Made by a program: the position numbers and the translations under genes
Notes under the pieces: model-generated
The model's input: only the letters and a program-made list of their open reading frames with translations
Told to the model about the DNA's origin: nothing
The model's database searches: none
DNA from: Azolla caroliniana
Taxonomy: Eukaryota; Plantae; Polypodiophyta
Direction of reading: 5' to 3'
Length of the DNA: 64,000 bases
Assembly: GCA_043228905.1 (NCBI GenBank)
Contig: JBHGNT010000009.1
Location: 19,654,001 to 19,718,000, forward strand
In this document: one piece after another, positions 13,743 through 28,100 of the stretch
Layout: every line of letters starts with the position of its first letter
How positions within the stretch are numbered: position 1 is the first letter of the stretch

Positions 13743-14249
13743 AATCACGTCTCCGTCTCTTACTTCTTCGACTGATGTCTATTCCCGCCTTCTACTTTTC
13801 CCGAAGATGATCTCTACCTTGCGCAGGAAGCTAATCTGCTGCTTCAGAGATCACTAATTTAAAGTGTACATATATCTATATCTATATCTATATATATATA
13901 AATTATAGACATACATACATACATAGACGGTGTGCGAGGAGGAGACGGGAGCACAAAGATCGTGTGAAGGCGACGGTGTTGGTGATGGTAAGTAACGAGA
14001 TAGACAGACAGACAGACAGACAGATGAAAACACGCAGGAAAAAAGGGGAGAGAGAGAGATTGGGGGAGGGAAGGAATAAAGAAAGAAGAAATGGCGATGG
14101 CGAGAAATAGAGAGAGAAGAGAAGAAATGGTTCTTTTTTCTGCTGTAGCTTCTGTTTCTCTGCAAATAAAGAAGAAGAAGGAGGAGAAGGAGGAGTGAGT
14201 GTAGGCCGCCTCCTCCTCAGAAATAGGCTTAAATTTGTCTTTCCGGTGT

Positions 14250-14752
14250 ATCTACCGTATGTATGTATGTATGTATGTATGTATGTATGTATGTACCGTA
14301 TGTACCATTTATATAATATTTATCGTATGTATTGTATGTATCGTATCGTATATACATATTGTATGTATGTATGTATGTATGTATGGTATCATATATACAT
14401 ATTGTATGTATGTATGTATGTATGTATGGTATCATATATACATATTGTATGTATGTATGTATGTATGTATGTATGTATGTATGTATGTATGTATGCATTG
14501 TATGTACTTATGTATTGTATGTATGTCTATGTATGTATGTACAGTATGTATCTACCGTATGTATGTATCTATCTATCTATCTACTAACTCGTATGTATGC
14601 ATGTATGTACCATTTATATAATATTTATAATATGTATCATATCGTATGATTGTATGTATCGTATCATATGTACATATAGGTATGTATGTATGCCGTATAC
14701 ATATAGGTATGTATGTTTGTATGTATCATGTATGTATGTATGTATTTGTGTA

Positions 14753-14815
<63 letters not shown>

Positions 14816-14905
14816 GTGTGTGTGTATGTATGTATGTATGTATGTATGTATGTATGTATGTATGTATGTATGTATGTATGTATGTATGTATTTGTGTGTG
14901 TGTGT
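14250..14905. repeat. compound (TATG)n/(TG)n microsatellite
   Basis: Seen directly; it accounts for the many spurious MYVC/HTYI ORFs. Confidence 0.95.
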
Positions 14906-17900
14906 ATTACACATGCACCCCCCAAAGTGAGTAGAAGATCAAAAAGAGACTAAGAGACGTCTGCCTCCCAATAGATACATCATTCAATTGATGCAAATGA
15001 AACTTGGAAGAAACATTGACTCCAGGACTACATTGAGTCTCGACTAGGTGTGGCAACGCCTCTTTAAGCATATTTACTTTCCCCCACCCGGTATTCACAT
15101 GGGGCATGTTGGTTTGGACATCACTTGTCCGCTTTACTTTCCATTATGATGCCGAATCTATGGACCATGGTTTTTACACCAAATCTGGAAGTGTTTGTGC
15201 ACTTCCATTAATGTCTATCTAGTTTTTACGGGATAAGGACGGAGATCCAATCATTATGGGCGATACTGAGTAGTACTACTACATATTACATTTGGAAGGC
15301 TTGGTGCTCTCTTGTTTTTTATCAAGTTAGGGCCTCGCCAACTGAATTGGTAAAATGTATTTGGTTGGACATAGTTCATATTTTTGCAGGGTCAATGGGA
15401 TTATATTGTTGGAGATTCTAACAATGAAGCTGCTCAGTGCCATCGATTTCTTACTTTGTGGATAGCTACTCCACATATGACCTCGAAGAATGGAACTCCT
15501 TTCTATGACTTTCAGCCACCAAAATGGTTGTTCCTACCCAGATCACACAGGAATCAAAACCTTGTGAATTATTTACACTAATGAAAGGATATTCTTTTTG
15601 GGAAAAAAAAAACAATCATAGTTTAGTCGTTTTTGTTAGCGAATGGTCTTTGTAAACGCTTATCGAAGCATTTTGATATCAGTGTAGTAGGATCGGTGTT
15701 CATTTCGATGTTTGTGTACATTGTTCGGTTGTCCCTAAGTCTCAACATCAGATCGCCCGTTGGTATTTGCATCCTTAAAATTTGTAGATCTTAGAAAGTT
15801 GAATAAATGCACTTATGCGTGGCACTCTTCAACTCCGTAGAGCCTAAAACAGTTGAATATGTAAATGCACACACATGTGGCATTACACTCTTTTTTATTT
15901 TTAGATCCTAAAACGTCGAATATAAGTGCGCATATGCGTATGATGACCATAAGTAAATGCATAGAGATGAAGTGCTACAAAGAGAGATTTCCCCGATAAA
16001 AACGAGTAAAATACATCGTGGACGTGTTCGATCACGACACAATTATTGTGCTTGTTGCTACAGCTAGTACATGTTGTCGCGGGGTTATATGCCCATGATA
16101 GGGGGGGCAAAAGTACGAGTATAAGTATATTCATATTGTATGAGGGTTTGTGAGATTGATATGAATATTAAAGGAATTGAAGATATTGATGACCACCCCA
16201 ACATAAGATATAAGGACTTGGAATCAAACCTTTCAATTGAAATCGTCAAATCACAATGTGTCTTTGAGTTGAGATGCATATGACCATTCATATTTGCTCC
16301 AAATGTAAACCCTACCATCAAAAGGTCTATCCAGTAGGCTAGGTATGAATAAAAACTCTCTTATCGAATCCTCTCTTTCTCCCTCGTTGCATTGACCTCA
16401 ATATCCTTATTTTTATTGGTAAAAAGGTGAAAATGCTTTTAAGAAAAAATTAGTATTTTGCTCTTATGTTATTTTCTTGTTGTTTAATCTTTGTCATTAA
16501 AATTAGCCTTTAGAATTTGTTGTCAAGGTTATGCCCAAAATTAGAGATTTCAATTTTCAACCCTTCATAACACATACAACTTTAGCCTTAAATAGTTTGG
16601 GAATTGTTCAAATCGTCCAATAACCCCTAGTTGACTAGCTTCATAATAAACCTTGAAAACTGAAAAACAAACATTGGAAAAATGCAAAATATGAACCAAT
16701 CTATCTATAGGGTGGTGTTTCTATGGATATTAATATTGTATACCATTAGTGTGTGCTCCTATATTAGCTAAATTGTTTACATGGTGCACACACATATTAT
16801 GCACATTAATGGGTAAATATTTACTCAATGTTGTGGTGGTGATCTGTATGTATCATAAAAACATTATGCGTCAAGATGGAACAAACACAATTGTTTGTAA
16901 GCCTCAATTAATGAGTATAAAATTGTTGAGGAAAATATAAGAAATATCCTCATGTGCTCGGGCGATTGATTTTAGTTAATCCTCTTATAAGCATGAGATT
17001 ACCAAACAACGTTCTTAAATTTGTGTTTCTAGCCTAAGATTCATGCTCTTATTTATGTACATAAAAATATGATGACCATTGACCATCTCAAGTCACCATA
17101 TATCTCTACGTCCATGCACTTTAGGTTATTCATATATTCATTTTCAACGATTTACTGAAATGTATTTAACCATATATTATTACAATAAAAGGTTTGCTGA
17201 ATCTATATTTATTGGAGTTTATTTTGACATGATGTGCACGCACATGAGGTTGTGATGCTTGTAACATTTTATAATAAATTTGTATCTAACATCTATTGAC
17301 AAGTTGCATATATTTTGGATTGATCAATATATTACTAGATCACACAATAGAAAATAGATGTGTTGGATCATGTGTAGTATATGACTCATCGCACTCTAGT
17401 GTTAGACTTAAGACCATGGTTGATTTGCACATGTCGAAGGTAACATATGACACACAATATCACACCAATACAAGCAAGACTATGATTTCTCGTGTAGTTT
17501 ACCAAGAATATGAATCGTTTTCCTCTTTGCAATGACTTGCACATCTCAAAGATAACATATGACATGCAAAATTACACCAACATGAACAATAAGGGAGCTT
17601 CATGTTAAGGAGAATATGGATGTAAACTCTAACCTAAAACTTATTGTAGAGCTACCTAATTATTGTGTGTACATACATATATGGTCACATAGCAAAGTCA
17701 TCACAACAACGATGGTATGATATACCAATGTCGCTAGAATTGTCAACATGCCCAAGCTTCTTCATAATGATTACATCATACGTATTTCTTGATGCTTTGC
17801 ATTAGGGCATATATTGTGAAATCCATACGATTTTTTGTTATGTTCATCGGATCCATAAATTACACCCTTAGAGTTGTATGTATGTATGCATGTATGTATC

Positions 17901-20900
17901 ATATGTATGTACATATGTTATATGATGCATTGTATGTATTTATGTATGTATGTACATACGTATGTATATGTATGTGCATCTTCAAAATACATAAGCAAGA
18001 GGAATTGGTCTTTGTGGTTCGACCCACTTTTGGATGTCCAATATGACTTGGGTGACGGGGTCTAACAGTTTTTTGTTTGATTGGTCAACGAGAAGTTTTT
18101 TCACGAACTCCATCATTTGAGCTCCTAATCTTTATGGATTATGAACGACTCTGTTCAATACCCTTCAAAGACATACAATGACGTTATAGTCAAACTACAC
18201 CAATTTTCTATCTACTCCAACACGAGACTTTGGTCTCATGGGTAATACGTATCACCATTTAACTCATTCTAAATATATTAAACAAACGCATGCCCAATGT
18301 ATCATCAAGACATTCAACAACATGGGAAAACTAGTTACCTTTAAATTTTTGAGTGTCTATCGAAGAAAAGTGTGAATGTGACATCATGCGGATAGATAAA
18401 ATTATGTTTTGGAGAAGGAATAGACATCATATAAGTTTATAACTTATTTTTTGTTTTATTAAACAAAGTCATGAAACATTAGAATCCATGCATGCCACGA
18501 AATGGGGAACCTTTATGTCTATTATCAATTACATTTTCTTGATTTTTTACTCCCAACAAATTCTAAGGTGAGTTCGTTAAAATATGTGAATGTGACAATT
18601 CTATGACTATGATTTTTATTAGGGTTGCATGATTGTTTGTTGGGACATGGCAATTCATTTTTACTAGTTTCATGAAATAGAAGCTGATAATTGTAGGAAA
18701 CAAAAGTCTTTGCATGAGAGTAAACGACGAAAAATAGAAGTGAAGAATGATACAAATCTATTCTAACATTTTAACCACAATACTTGTGAGCTCAATATCA
18801 CTTCCTAGACAATAAAACCTTTAAATAATGACCTCAGATTGTATAATAATTGCCATGTTGAACCCACATGATCGCCAACCCCTCTTACAAGACACCAATA
18901 GCTCTAGGACAAACTCATACATCTATTAGATTAGATGATTAGTTGAGCATGGATTACTCACACATCTATTTTGAATGTTCAGACATTAAAGAAGTTACCA
19001 TTGTGAATGTCGTTTTCATGTTTTTTTGTTATATGCAAATGATGTGGTGCCTTTTGCAAATACTTTAGAATGTACTCAAAAGTTTATGATTTTATTGGAA
19101 ATCGTTTTCATACACAATAAGCTAAGTCCCAACACCTCCAAAATGAAGGCTATGCTTGTGAAGTCTTGAAATAAGGAAAAACACTCCATCGTGTACAATA
19201 ATGAGCCACTTGAAATAATAGAAATCTTAAAAATATATTGGGCTTCAGGTTCACTAAAATCATAGTTAGAATGAATGTTTCAATGGCTACATAGAAGTAG
19301 GAAATTATGCATTTGAAAACATATGCAATGTTGGAGAAATCAAATGTTAGGTCATAAAAAACAATGAGTGGGTAGATATGTGTTGGTTTTGTAGCAAGTT
19401 AGTGAGTTAGTGGCTCAAAGAGGTTTTGTGAGGGAGACATGTCTTTGGAAGAAGCGGTTTTGAGGTTTCCTTTACGAGTTTTGAGGGAAGGAGGATATTT
19501 CAAATACTTAATAAGGCATGTTTCGGTGCCATTACCAAGAAAGCAATGTGGTAATGACATGTGAAGGGGGTAGGTGGGTAGGAGTGGATTGATACTAAAG
19601 GGCAATGGAGTTGTGTTCTAACTTAGGATGAACATGGGAACCAAATTTGAGCATTACCTTCAAACTTATACTAAGCTTTCGTAGACCAGTGAGAGACTTG
19701 TTATATGGCATAATAATTTGTTCAATCATGTTTATGCATAGAGACCTTGATGTAAATCGTTTTGGTAGATATTGTGTGTGCTTTTATGTGTTAAACCCCA
19801 ATTGTTCTCGACTTTGGGTGAATTTGAGTGTGTTTAAATCCTTCTCGGAGGGTTTTGTGTGATGTAATATACGGGTTGGAATGATCGTTGTCATTTCCAT
19901 AGCATGTTTGCTCAATCACAACTATGACATTGTGACCTAATATGCACCAACGGATGATATCATACTTGTTGCGCTTGGAGATGTGCATAAATTGTGTGAA
20001 AGGCTTGTAATGTCATTGGACTACCAAATTGTTTCTTTGCCTACTTCATGCAGGAAGGGTACACCTTTTGTCAATACCTAGACTATGTCTCATGCCCAAT
20101 TGGTTATCACATCTATTGTGAATAATGCCACTTATAGAGGCATCATCAATTCCTAAGGGGTCTTCTCCACTAGTCAAGATAGAGAAATGGCCTACAAAGG
20201 CATGATTTTTTTCGTTCCTCATGATGATTTAAAATTGCACTCCAAACATGTTACAATCCATTGGGATATTCTCCTAGCATAATCATTCTTCTTCATTAAG
20301 TACAAGTATGCTTGATGGTCAAAATATAGAATAACAAATGGCAACATAGGAGATGATGTCTATTTCTTTTAACTATTTATATCATGCCAACGCCTCTCAC
20401 TCGGCGGTGGAATAATTTTGTTCATCATAATTTACTTGGTGACTCGTGAAGGTGATCGTTATATCCATTCTGCCCTCTCTAGAGCAAGATAACACAGAGC
20501 AACTATGAAAGCCAACACATCCATATGAATGTGAATCTCGGCTAGACACTCTTTGCCAATGTCAAAAGCTTGAGTGTACTCTTTAGTCCATGTGTACTCT
20601 ACTTTTTTTTGCAAACATCTCGATGAATTTCCTATAATAACCTACATACCCCATCAATGCTTGAACTTGTTGCTTCGTATTGGGATGGGTGTGTTGTCTT
20701 GAGGTGGCCTCGATAAAAATTGACTTCAAAAGAATACTCATAAAACTTGTAAATATAAATAGGATTGTGCAAAGATAAAGCTTATGGTTAACGACATTAA
20801 AGTCATGGGTTTAAAATACGTAGCCTAGCTCATTATATAAATTCTTATAATATTAACTCATTAGATTCACTCCTAAAGAAAAGATTTTACTTGCACAATT

Positions 20901-20932
20901 TTCGTGATACAAAGACTTACAATGTAGAGCAA

Positions 20933-21270
20933 GAAACATGGAAAAATGTTTGACAGTTGGTGCCAATCAAAATCACAAGCCATTGAAACAAACACATTTT
21001 CCACAATACAATGAGTTAGAATGCAAAATGCCAAAAGATGGAAACAAGTTTGAGTATTTGGTAATAATCACGATCACAAGTCACATGTCATTGAAATTGA
21101 CACTTCATTGCCAATCACCAATACTAAGCGACAAACATGGGGAAATGTTTTTAAAATACACAGTTGGTGCCAATCACATCACAAGTCATTAAAATCGACA
21201 TCTTTTCCACAATCCAAAGGGCTACATTGCAAAGAATCGAAGCATGGGAGAAAGTTCTGAGTATTTGGTA
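20933..21270. repeat. old ~200-bp tandem duplication
   Basis: AAACATGG...CAGTTGGTGCCAATCA...TTTTCCACAAT...GAGTATTTGGTA occurs twice. Confidence 0.6.
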
Positions 21271-22706
21271 CCAACCGTTGTCATGATGTGGTGTGGACAA
21301 AGGTAGAAAGTGGTGCTGGCCAAAGAAGAGAGTATGATCCAGAAGCCGGATAATAGATAATAATTAAAATATATTAGGAAGTGACGGATCCGGATAGATG
21401 TACCAATCCAGATTCACACTGTTTTGTACCTAGACCGGATACCTATATAAAGGATTCGGATTGTATGTATTAAAAGGGCAAGTAATGAGTGAGTAATATA
21501 ATTCTGAATTGGTTATCTTGTATACTTCCCTTGCCATTTTTGCTTACCTTCCTAATCTTACGTGTGTAGTGCATTGTCGGATATGACCTATGTGTTCCGG
21601 AAAGTAATCAGATAAGTTATAAGTGTAATAAAGTATTAATCCATCTCTCCGACCACACCTTTGGAGATGTATTCCAGAAGGGGATACCTTGTGTTTGCAG
21701 CTAGAGTCCAGCCCAGGATAAACATATGTATCATAGAATATGATTCTATGGCGCATAGTTAATATGTAGAAAGTAGTGGTGACCTTTGACCTTTGAGTCA
21801 AAGGGTGTGTTCACACACTAGACTAGGTTGAGCTTGATTCTCAACAGTTGTCGAGCCATCATCTCGGTTGAGGTGGCGTGCCACTATTCTAGCATACCTC
21901 AGTCCTTTGGATCGAAAGAACCCCACCTTTGGCACATCTGAAAATGGACGATTACCAAGGAGTGGTCGGAGAATATCATTTCTGGAGCTATGCGCCACTA
22001 GCCTCCCTTTGCTTCCAGTGCCTCCCCACATAGATGTGATCGATACGAGAAAGGGTGGATCCACTAGTCCTCCCATTTTGATGGATAATAAAAGAGAATC
22101 ACATTTGCATTGGAAGTTGGCCGAATGCCAAATATCACTCAAGTTAAGGTGAACACATAATTTCTCCCATTGTTTATGTTCCCCTCCTTAGGGAACTGTG
22201 GGGTTGTTGTTGGAGCTACCTTGAAGGGATTTGATCATATTGAAGTCCCCTCATATGCACCATTCCTCCTCACTCAGTAGAATGAATTTTTGGGGTATGA
22301 GAATATGATATTGTGACTAATCTTATTATGCTCTCTCTATATATAATACAACTAAGGTAGGCAAACCAAATATGGAGTACCAAAAATACAAAGATCAACA
22401 CCTTTGGTTTCCTTTGTGATGCCTTTAGGTAATAAAAATGGAAATTTTCATGCAATGTTGCTTAAATATGACATGTTCCAAATATCACATGAAATAATAT
22501 GGTTATCGTGAAACCATAAGCTATACATTTGGTCGCCCTAAACATTTCTCATAATAGGAAATAAAGATTTGTTATTTTCTTTCTTTTACATGGAGCGTGT
22601 GCATGTGATGTAAATATGTTGTTTTACCTCTTGGTTGCCTTGGTCACGAGATGACAATTACAATTTGGTTTACCTACATTTGAATAAGTTAATATAGTAA
22701 TTCATA

Positions 22707-23580
22707 TTGATTACAATCATAATCTATGGAAGGAAGTGTTTTGAGCAAGTAGGCTTTATAATGACATTTATACCTTTTTTGTTTGATGTTGGTTTTAAAC
22801 CAAAATTGGTTTACATGAACAAAAATCATTTTAAGAGGATAGGGGGAATAGAGGAAGTTCAACCGCTCGATAAAGGGTTTTATCAAATAATCCTCGAGGA
22901 CAAGGATTCCGCGGTGCACCTCATAGCAATGTTCCCCTGCCATGTCTAAAACACATGAATGTTTATGCGTAAATGTACACATGGTTTTAACCTAGAGAAG
23001 GCTGCACAACAGGAAGAAACACAATGCGTTTTGAACAACAAATATCTGAAGTAATTGGCGCACTGGGGCAATGTTTTGAATGCAAAAAATATGGTCACCT
23101 AAAAAAGAACCACCCCACGAGAGTGACCCCTCAAGAAAAGCAAGGGGTGTTTGGTCCAAAAAACCCCACTTTGATCATTAAAGATTCCACCAAGGAGACC
23201 TTATAAGGCCGTAGCACCATAGGACATCAGAAGCCTCCCCCACCAGAGGTTGATAAGGATGTGATGGAATGGCAAGAGGTGGGAAAAACCCATGCCTTAC
23301 GCAAAACTCCACAGTCACACAGTCATCCATCTCCTCGGAGTTCCAATCATTTTGATCTATCACAAGAGGCCCCCTCTAGTGATGAACATTCCCCTATTAT
23401 CTTCTCAAGCCCCAAGGAAATGCCTAAGGTGACACCAAGCATGCATGAGAAAGTTCTCACTAAATCTAGCAAAACAAGGAATCGACGAAGGATAATTCAT
23501 GTTAAGACCCTAATGCGGAGGTTTAGTGGCACTGCATCAAATGGAGAAGCAACAAACTAGGTTACATGTTTGAACGTCAC
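22707..23580 (+). pseudogene. LINE ORF1 remnant (DUF4283-like region plus Zn knuckle)
   Basis: EEVQPLDKGFYQIILED and LGQCFECKKYGHLKKN in broken frames. The ORF2 start is found on the far side of the copia nest. Confidence 0.65.
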
Positions 23581-25178
23581 CCCTTGTTGGCATAAAAGGC
23601 CGACTCCTTCCAAATTGTATCCGTTCGAGTGTGAACTCATTAATAAGTTAGGGCTTAGTATATAAGCGAATACCTAACATTGTAATGAGACGACGACGAC
23701 GACGAGCAGAGCATAATATCTCTGAGAAATAACGAAATAATAAGAAGCTTTCCATTAAAGCTCCATCTGTGTAAGTTTTCACGCCTATTCTATTTTTTGT
23801 ATGTGTTGTTTGCTGTTTAGTACCGGTTACAGATCCATACACGTTTCTACACATAGCACTCGTAACCACAAATGGTATCAAAGCCGAATCTTTGTTGTTC
23901 GGCGGCAACAGAAAACAAAAGAAGCTGAAAGAAAAGACCAGGTCAGAAATCTCAAGTTCACAAACAGAATATGGCTTCAACATCTAGAACATGAGTTGAA
24001 ATAAAAAAATTCGACAGCAAAAACTTGCCTTGTGGAAGGAGATGATGCAGGATGTGCTGATCATTCGAAGACAGGTCGAAGCCATTCGGCACAACGAAAA
24101 ACCTGCTTCAATGACAACCGAGGAGTGGAGATCAACGGACGAAATCGCACACTCCACCATCCGAATGCATCTGGTAGAAAACGTCTATTTCAGCATGGCG
24201 AAAGAGACGACAACGTTCTCATTGTGGGAGAAGCTATAGGCCGTCTATGAGAAGAAGTCCTCATCTTCTCTGATCTTGATCAAACAATTGTTCAACAGGA
24301 AGATGAAAGAGACTGATCCGGCAACCTCCCACATCAACACCTTCAGCCGGGTGTTGTCAGAGCTCTCGCCACAAGGGATCAACTTCGAAGAAGAAGTGAA
24401 AGCCCTCGCCCTCCTATTGAGCTTGCCGATAAGTTGGGAGGTATTATGTACGACTTACGCCAATAGCCGACCAATCCTAAATTTGGACGAAAAAACCGGC
24501 CAAGTCCTCACAGAGGACATCAGGCGAAAATCGATGGGACTAACCATCGATGAGTCGGTAGAAGCCCATCACTCGATTGACAGAGTCGAACGAAAGAACA
24601 ATCCGACGGAACCGGTTGACGCTATATCCGATCGAAAACAAGGGGTGACCGACAACGGTCGAAGTCGAGAACGGGCTGAACAAGTGAGTACTGCACACAT
24701 TGCAGGAAAGCCGACCACAATGTTTCCGACTGCTGGTCAATAAAAAGAAAAGAGAGTGGTCAGCGATTCGAGCGGAATCGGGGACGTTCCGACTCGGACC
24801 ACTCTCTAGTCGGCAACCAGATCAATGTTGCTGACACACGATTTGGAGGAATCCTCTCCCTAGAGGATTTGATGATCAGAGAAGTCCTCTACAGTGCACA
24901 AGTTGCACACACATGGCTACTAGACTCTGGTGCCACATTTCACGTGACCCCCAACATTGAATGGTTCTCGAACTATTCAGCCGACGCCAGCGGCACAATC
25001 CGACTGGGAAACGGGCAGGAGTGCAAGATAGCCGGAACCGGGGAGGTTCCCATCAGATTGCCAAATGGCAACACAATAACCCTGCACTGAGTTCGGCATG
25101 TACCCGATCTAAAGAGGAGTCTGGTCTCCATCGGCATGTTAGCTGAAGATGGGTATCGAACGACTCTACACGAGTCGA

Positions 25179-28100
25179 TGTTGCTCCTTAGGGGCGGACA
25201 ATAGCCTAACACAAGGTGTCTACAGAAGACACTTCACCAAAGGGTGTTACGGTGAAACAGAGTTAGACCGACGATTAATCAGACTTTAATCGGTTACTTA
25301 AGCAACATATCCTTAATCTTAATACACGTGTAAGATAGAAAGTAATTAGCACAGAATGGTAATCAATATACAGAGATAAGAAAATAGAGCTTTATTAATT
25401 ATCAGTCGTCATTTACAATGTAACCGGGCCTTTTTATAGATCACCAGCTCTGCCTACAAAACGGTGCCAACCGACACACTAATATGAACCGGTCCGGATC
25501 CGGATCGTCATACCGATTCCAGTCCGTCCGTTCACTTCTCTAGATCACCAGCTCTGCCTACAAAACGGTGCCAACCGACACACTAATATGAACCGGTCCG
25601 GATCCGGATCGGCATACCGATTCCAGTCCGTCCGTTCACTTCTCTAAAATCTACTTAATTACTTAATATCCTAATAACAGCTTCCGATTATTTCTGCCCT
25701 TTCATATTTTGGACTGTCCTCCACTCCTTGCCGGCTGGCTAACACATGGCACGCTCATGGGACAGTACCTTGTACGTCGAATCCCACTATCCGGCCTTCA
25801 ATCCTCGTCTAAAATGTACATAATGCTTTGATCGAGGGGCTCTAAGGGTTCTTCGGAAGGCTGATCGGACTGTTGCTGCTCCTCCTGCTATTGTTGCTCC
25901 TGTTGTTGTTGCTCCTCCTGTGGCTGCTCCGTTGGCTGTGACCGTTGCTCCGGCTGCTGCTCCATTGGCTATTGCTGTGATTCCTGCTGCTGCGCGGTCT
26001 CCGGCTCTTCTGGGCGTTGCTCCTCCAATGGCTATTGCGCTGCTCTCAGTTCTGGTGGTTGTTGCGGAGCTTCCTCCCTTGGCTACTCCTCCTGCGTTAC
26101 ATCCGGTTGGCTTGTCCCGGCCTTGGCTTTATCCGTCCCTTGCTCCGACGATGGCTCTTCATCACTGAGATTGATTGTTGCCGTGCTCTTCGTTGCCTCT
26201 TGCCGTAGCCTCTCCTTTTCATAACTTTCATACTGGATTTGGTTATCCGGCCGATCATCGTCCAGTTGTGCCACTAGTTGCCAGGCCACCGTTATCTGTT
26301 CATCAACCAACGCTACGAAGTCCTCCGCCAATTCATCTTTCACGGTAGTAAAGTCTTCCTTTTCTTTCTGCCGGTTTTTTGTGTCCGCCCTCAACAACTG
26401 TAGCTCGGTAGCATGCTTTGCCCATTTTGACCACCATAATACTGAGCTATCTTCAATCAAACGCTTTGTTCGATTCTTCCATGCATGTACAATGCACCGG
26501 ATTCGCTCCAGCCCCATCTTTGATTTGTCTTCAGCGGCCTGCCGGTCATCTTTCAACTGTTTGATCAGGTTCGCCGTCACCACCTCTTGGTCCTTGTAGC
26601 ACACCAATTGATTCTGATACGTTGTTTGCACTCTTTGTAAGACCATGGCAACGCATTCTGTTTCCGCCTGATGTTGCATCTGGAGTTCCATGCGTTCCTG
26701 CGCTGCTTCAGCTCGTATGGTTTCCTTCTCAGCCCGTTCTTCCGCTAGTGTCATCTCCGCTCGTTGCACTTCATTCCGGAGCTTGAACATCTTCTCATGC
26801 TACCGGTCACTGTCGGGGATGAGCTTCTTGTATTCCGACTCGACATGTTTATAATCCCGGTGCAGGCGGTCAAACTCTTCTGTTTTCTGCCTCAACTTCT
26901 GATTGATCTGGCGGCGAGCTCGGTCTTCCCTAGCCTTTTGTTGCCGAAGCTCTTCTTTGAGTCTCTCGATCTCCGTTTCCGCCATCCTTCGGAGTTTATC
27001 CTTCTCTTGCAGCACTTTTTCTTTCTCTTCCTTAAGCCAGTCATAGGCTTGGTGTCCCTTCCGCAGACTTTCTTCTGCTCGTTGGAGATTGTCAGCAGTC
27101 TTCCGTTGTTCCTCCTCTGCCGCCATTTTTAATTCTCTTTCCCTGGCCCGTAATGCTTCCTGTGCGGCCAGGTCTTCTTTGAGAACGACAAGCTCTTGTG
27201 CTTGCTCTGTAATTATATCTGGGTTTGTTCCCGGCACCGGGGTCGTATTATTATGTACAGTTGCCGGTGTTTCATTATTATGTACATGTACCGGAGCCAC
27301 CGGTTCCTATTCTTGGGGTCCTGTGATGACCTTCTTAGCCAATTTGTGCTTTCTCCTCTGCTTCTATATAATGGACCACTCCGGCTATTTGCTCACCGAT
27401 CCACCATAACCATTGGCTGCCAATGCCTTGTGGCTGTGTCGACGCAGAGGGTTGGCCGATTTTTGCGCTTGCCAGTGTCCGATCTGGTCTGGTTGACAGC
27501 TCTAGCTCTGGTTGGGTACTACTTGGCAGTACCGGCTCTGGTTGTGCCTGAGTCGCCCGTTCCAGCTTTGGTTGGTCATGGTGTGCCTGTGATGTAGACA
27601 ACTGAATCACCGGCTCCTAAATCACGGGTCTTGTCATGCTCTAACCCACCGGCGGAGCCTGCAGCGCAGGGATTTCTATGACTGGTTTTGTTTGAACCGG
27701 TTCTGCTTCCACCCTTGGCTCTGGGCCCTCAGTGCGAGTTATCAACATCCTATCCTTTTCTGAACCCGATTGCTTCTTGGCATGGTTTGCAATGCTCTTC
27801 TTCTGGCGCCGCTGGAGGTGCTCGCTGGGCTCCTCCACCGTTTCCTCCTCCTGAGTCCCAAGATTGATTTTCATGGCCAAGGGATCTGGCTCCTGTTGAC
27901 CTGGTCGGCGAAATGTAATTTTTATTGGCCGTGCCGGTGTTGCCTCCTACGTCTCCGCCTGGTTAGGCTGCTCGTTCGCCGTTTTCTTAGTGTCAGCCTC
28001 CTTCCCCTTGGTTGCCTTAGAAGCCAATAGTTGCTGCCGTTTTGAAGCCGGTTTCGAGGTTCCTTCAGCTGATCTTCCCCGCTTCTTTGTCGTGTTGCGC

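Noticed and set aside
14195-14953. Many overlapping MYVC/HTYI ORFs
   Set aside because: They are translations of the (TATG)n/(TG)n microsatellite.
14950-20900. Short ORFs in AT-rich intergenic DNA
   Set aside because: No recognisable domains or consistent exon structure; probably old transposon debris.
21278-21800. Possible solo LTR starting TGTCATG with TATATAAAAGG
   Set aside because: No 3' end, TSD or second copy could be identified.
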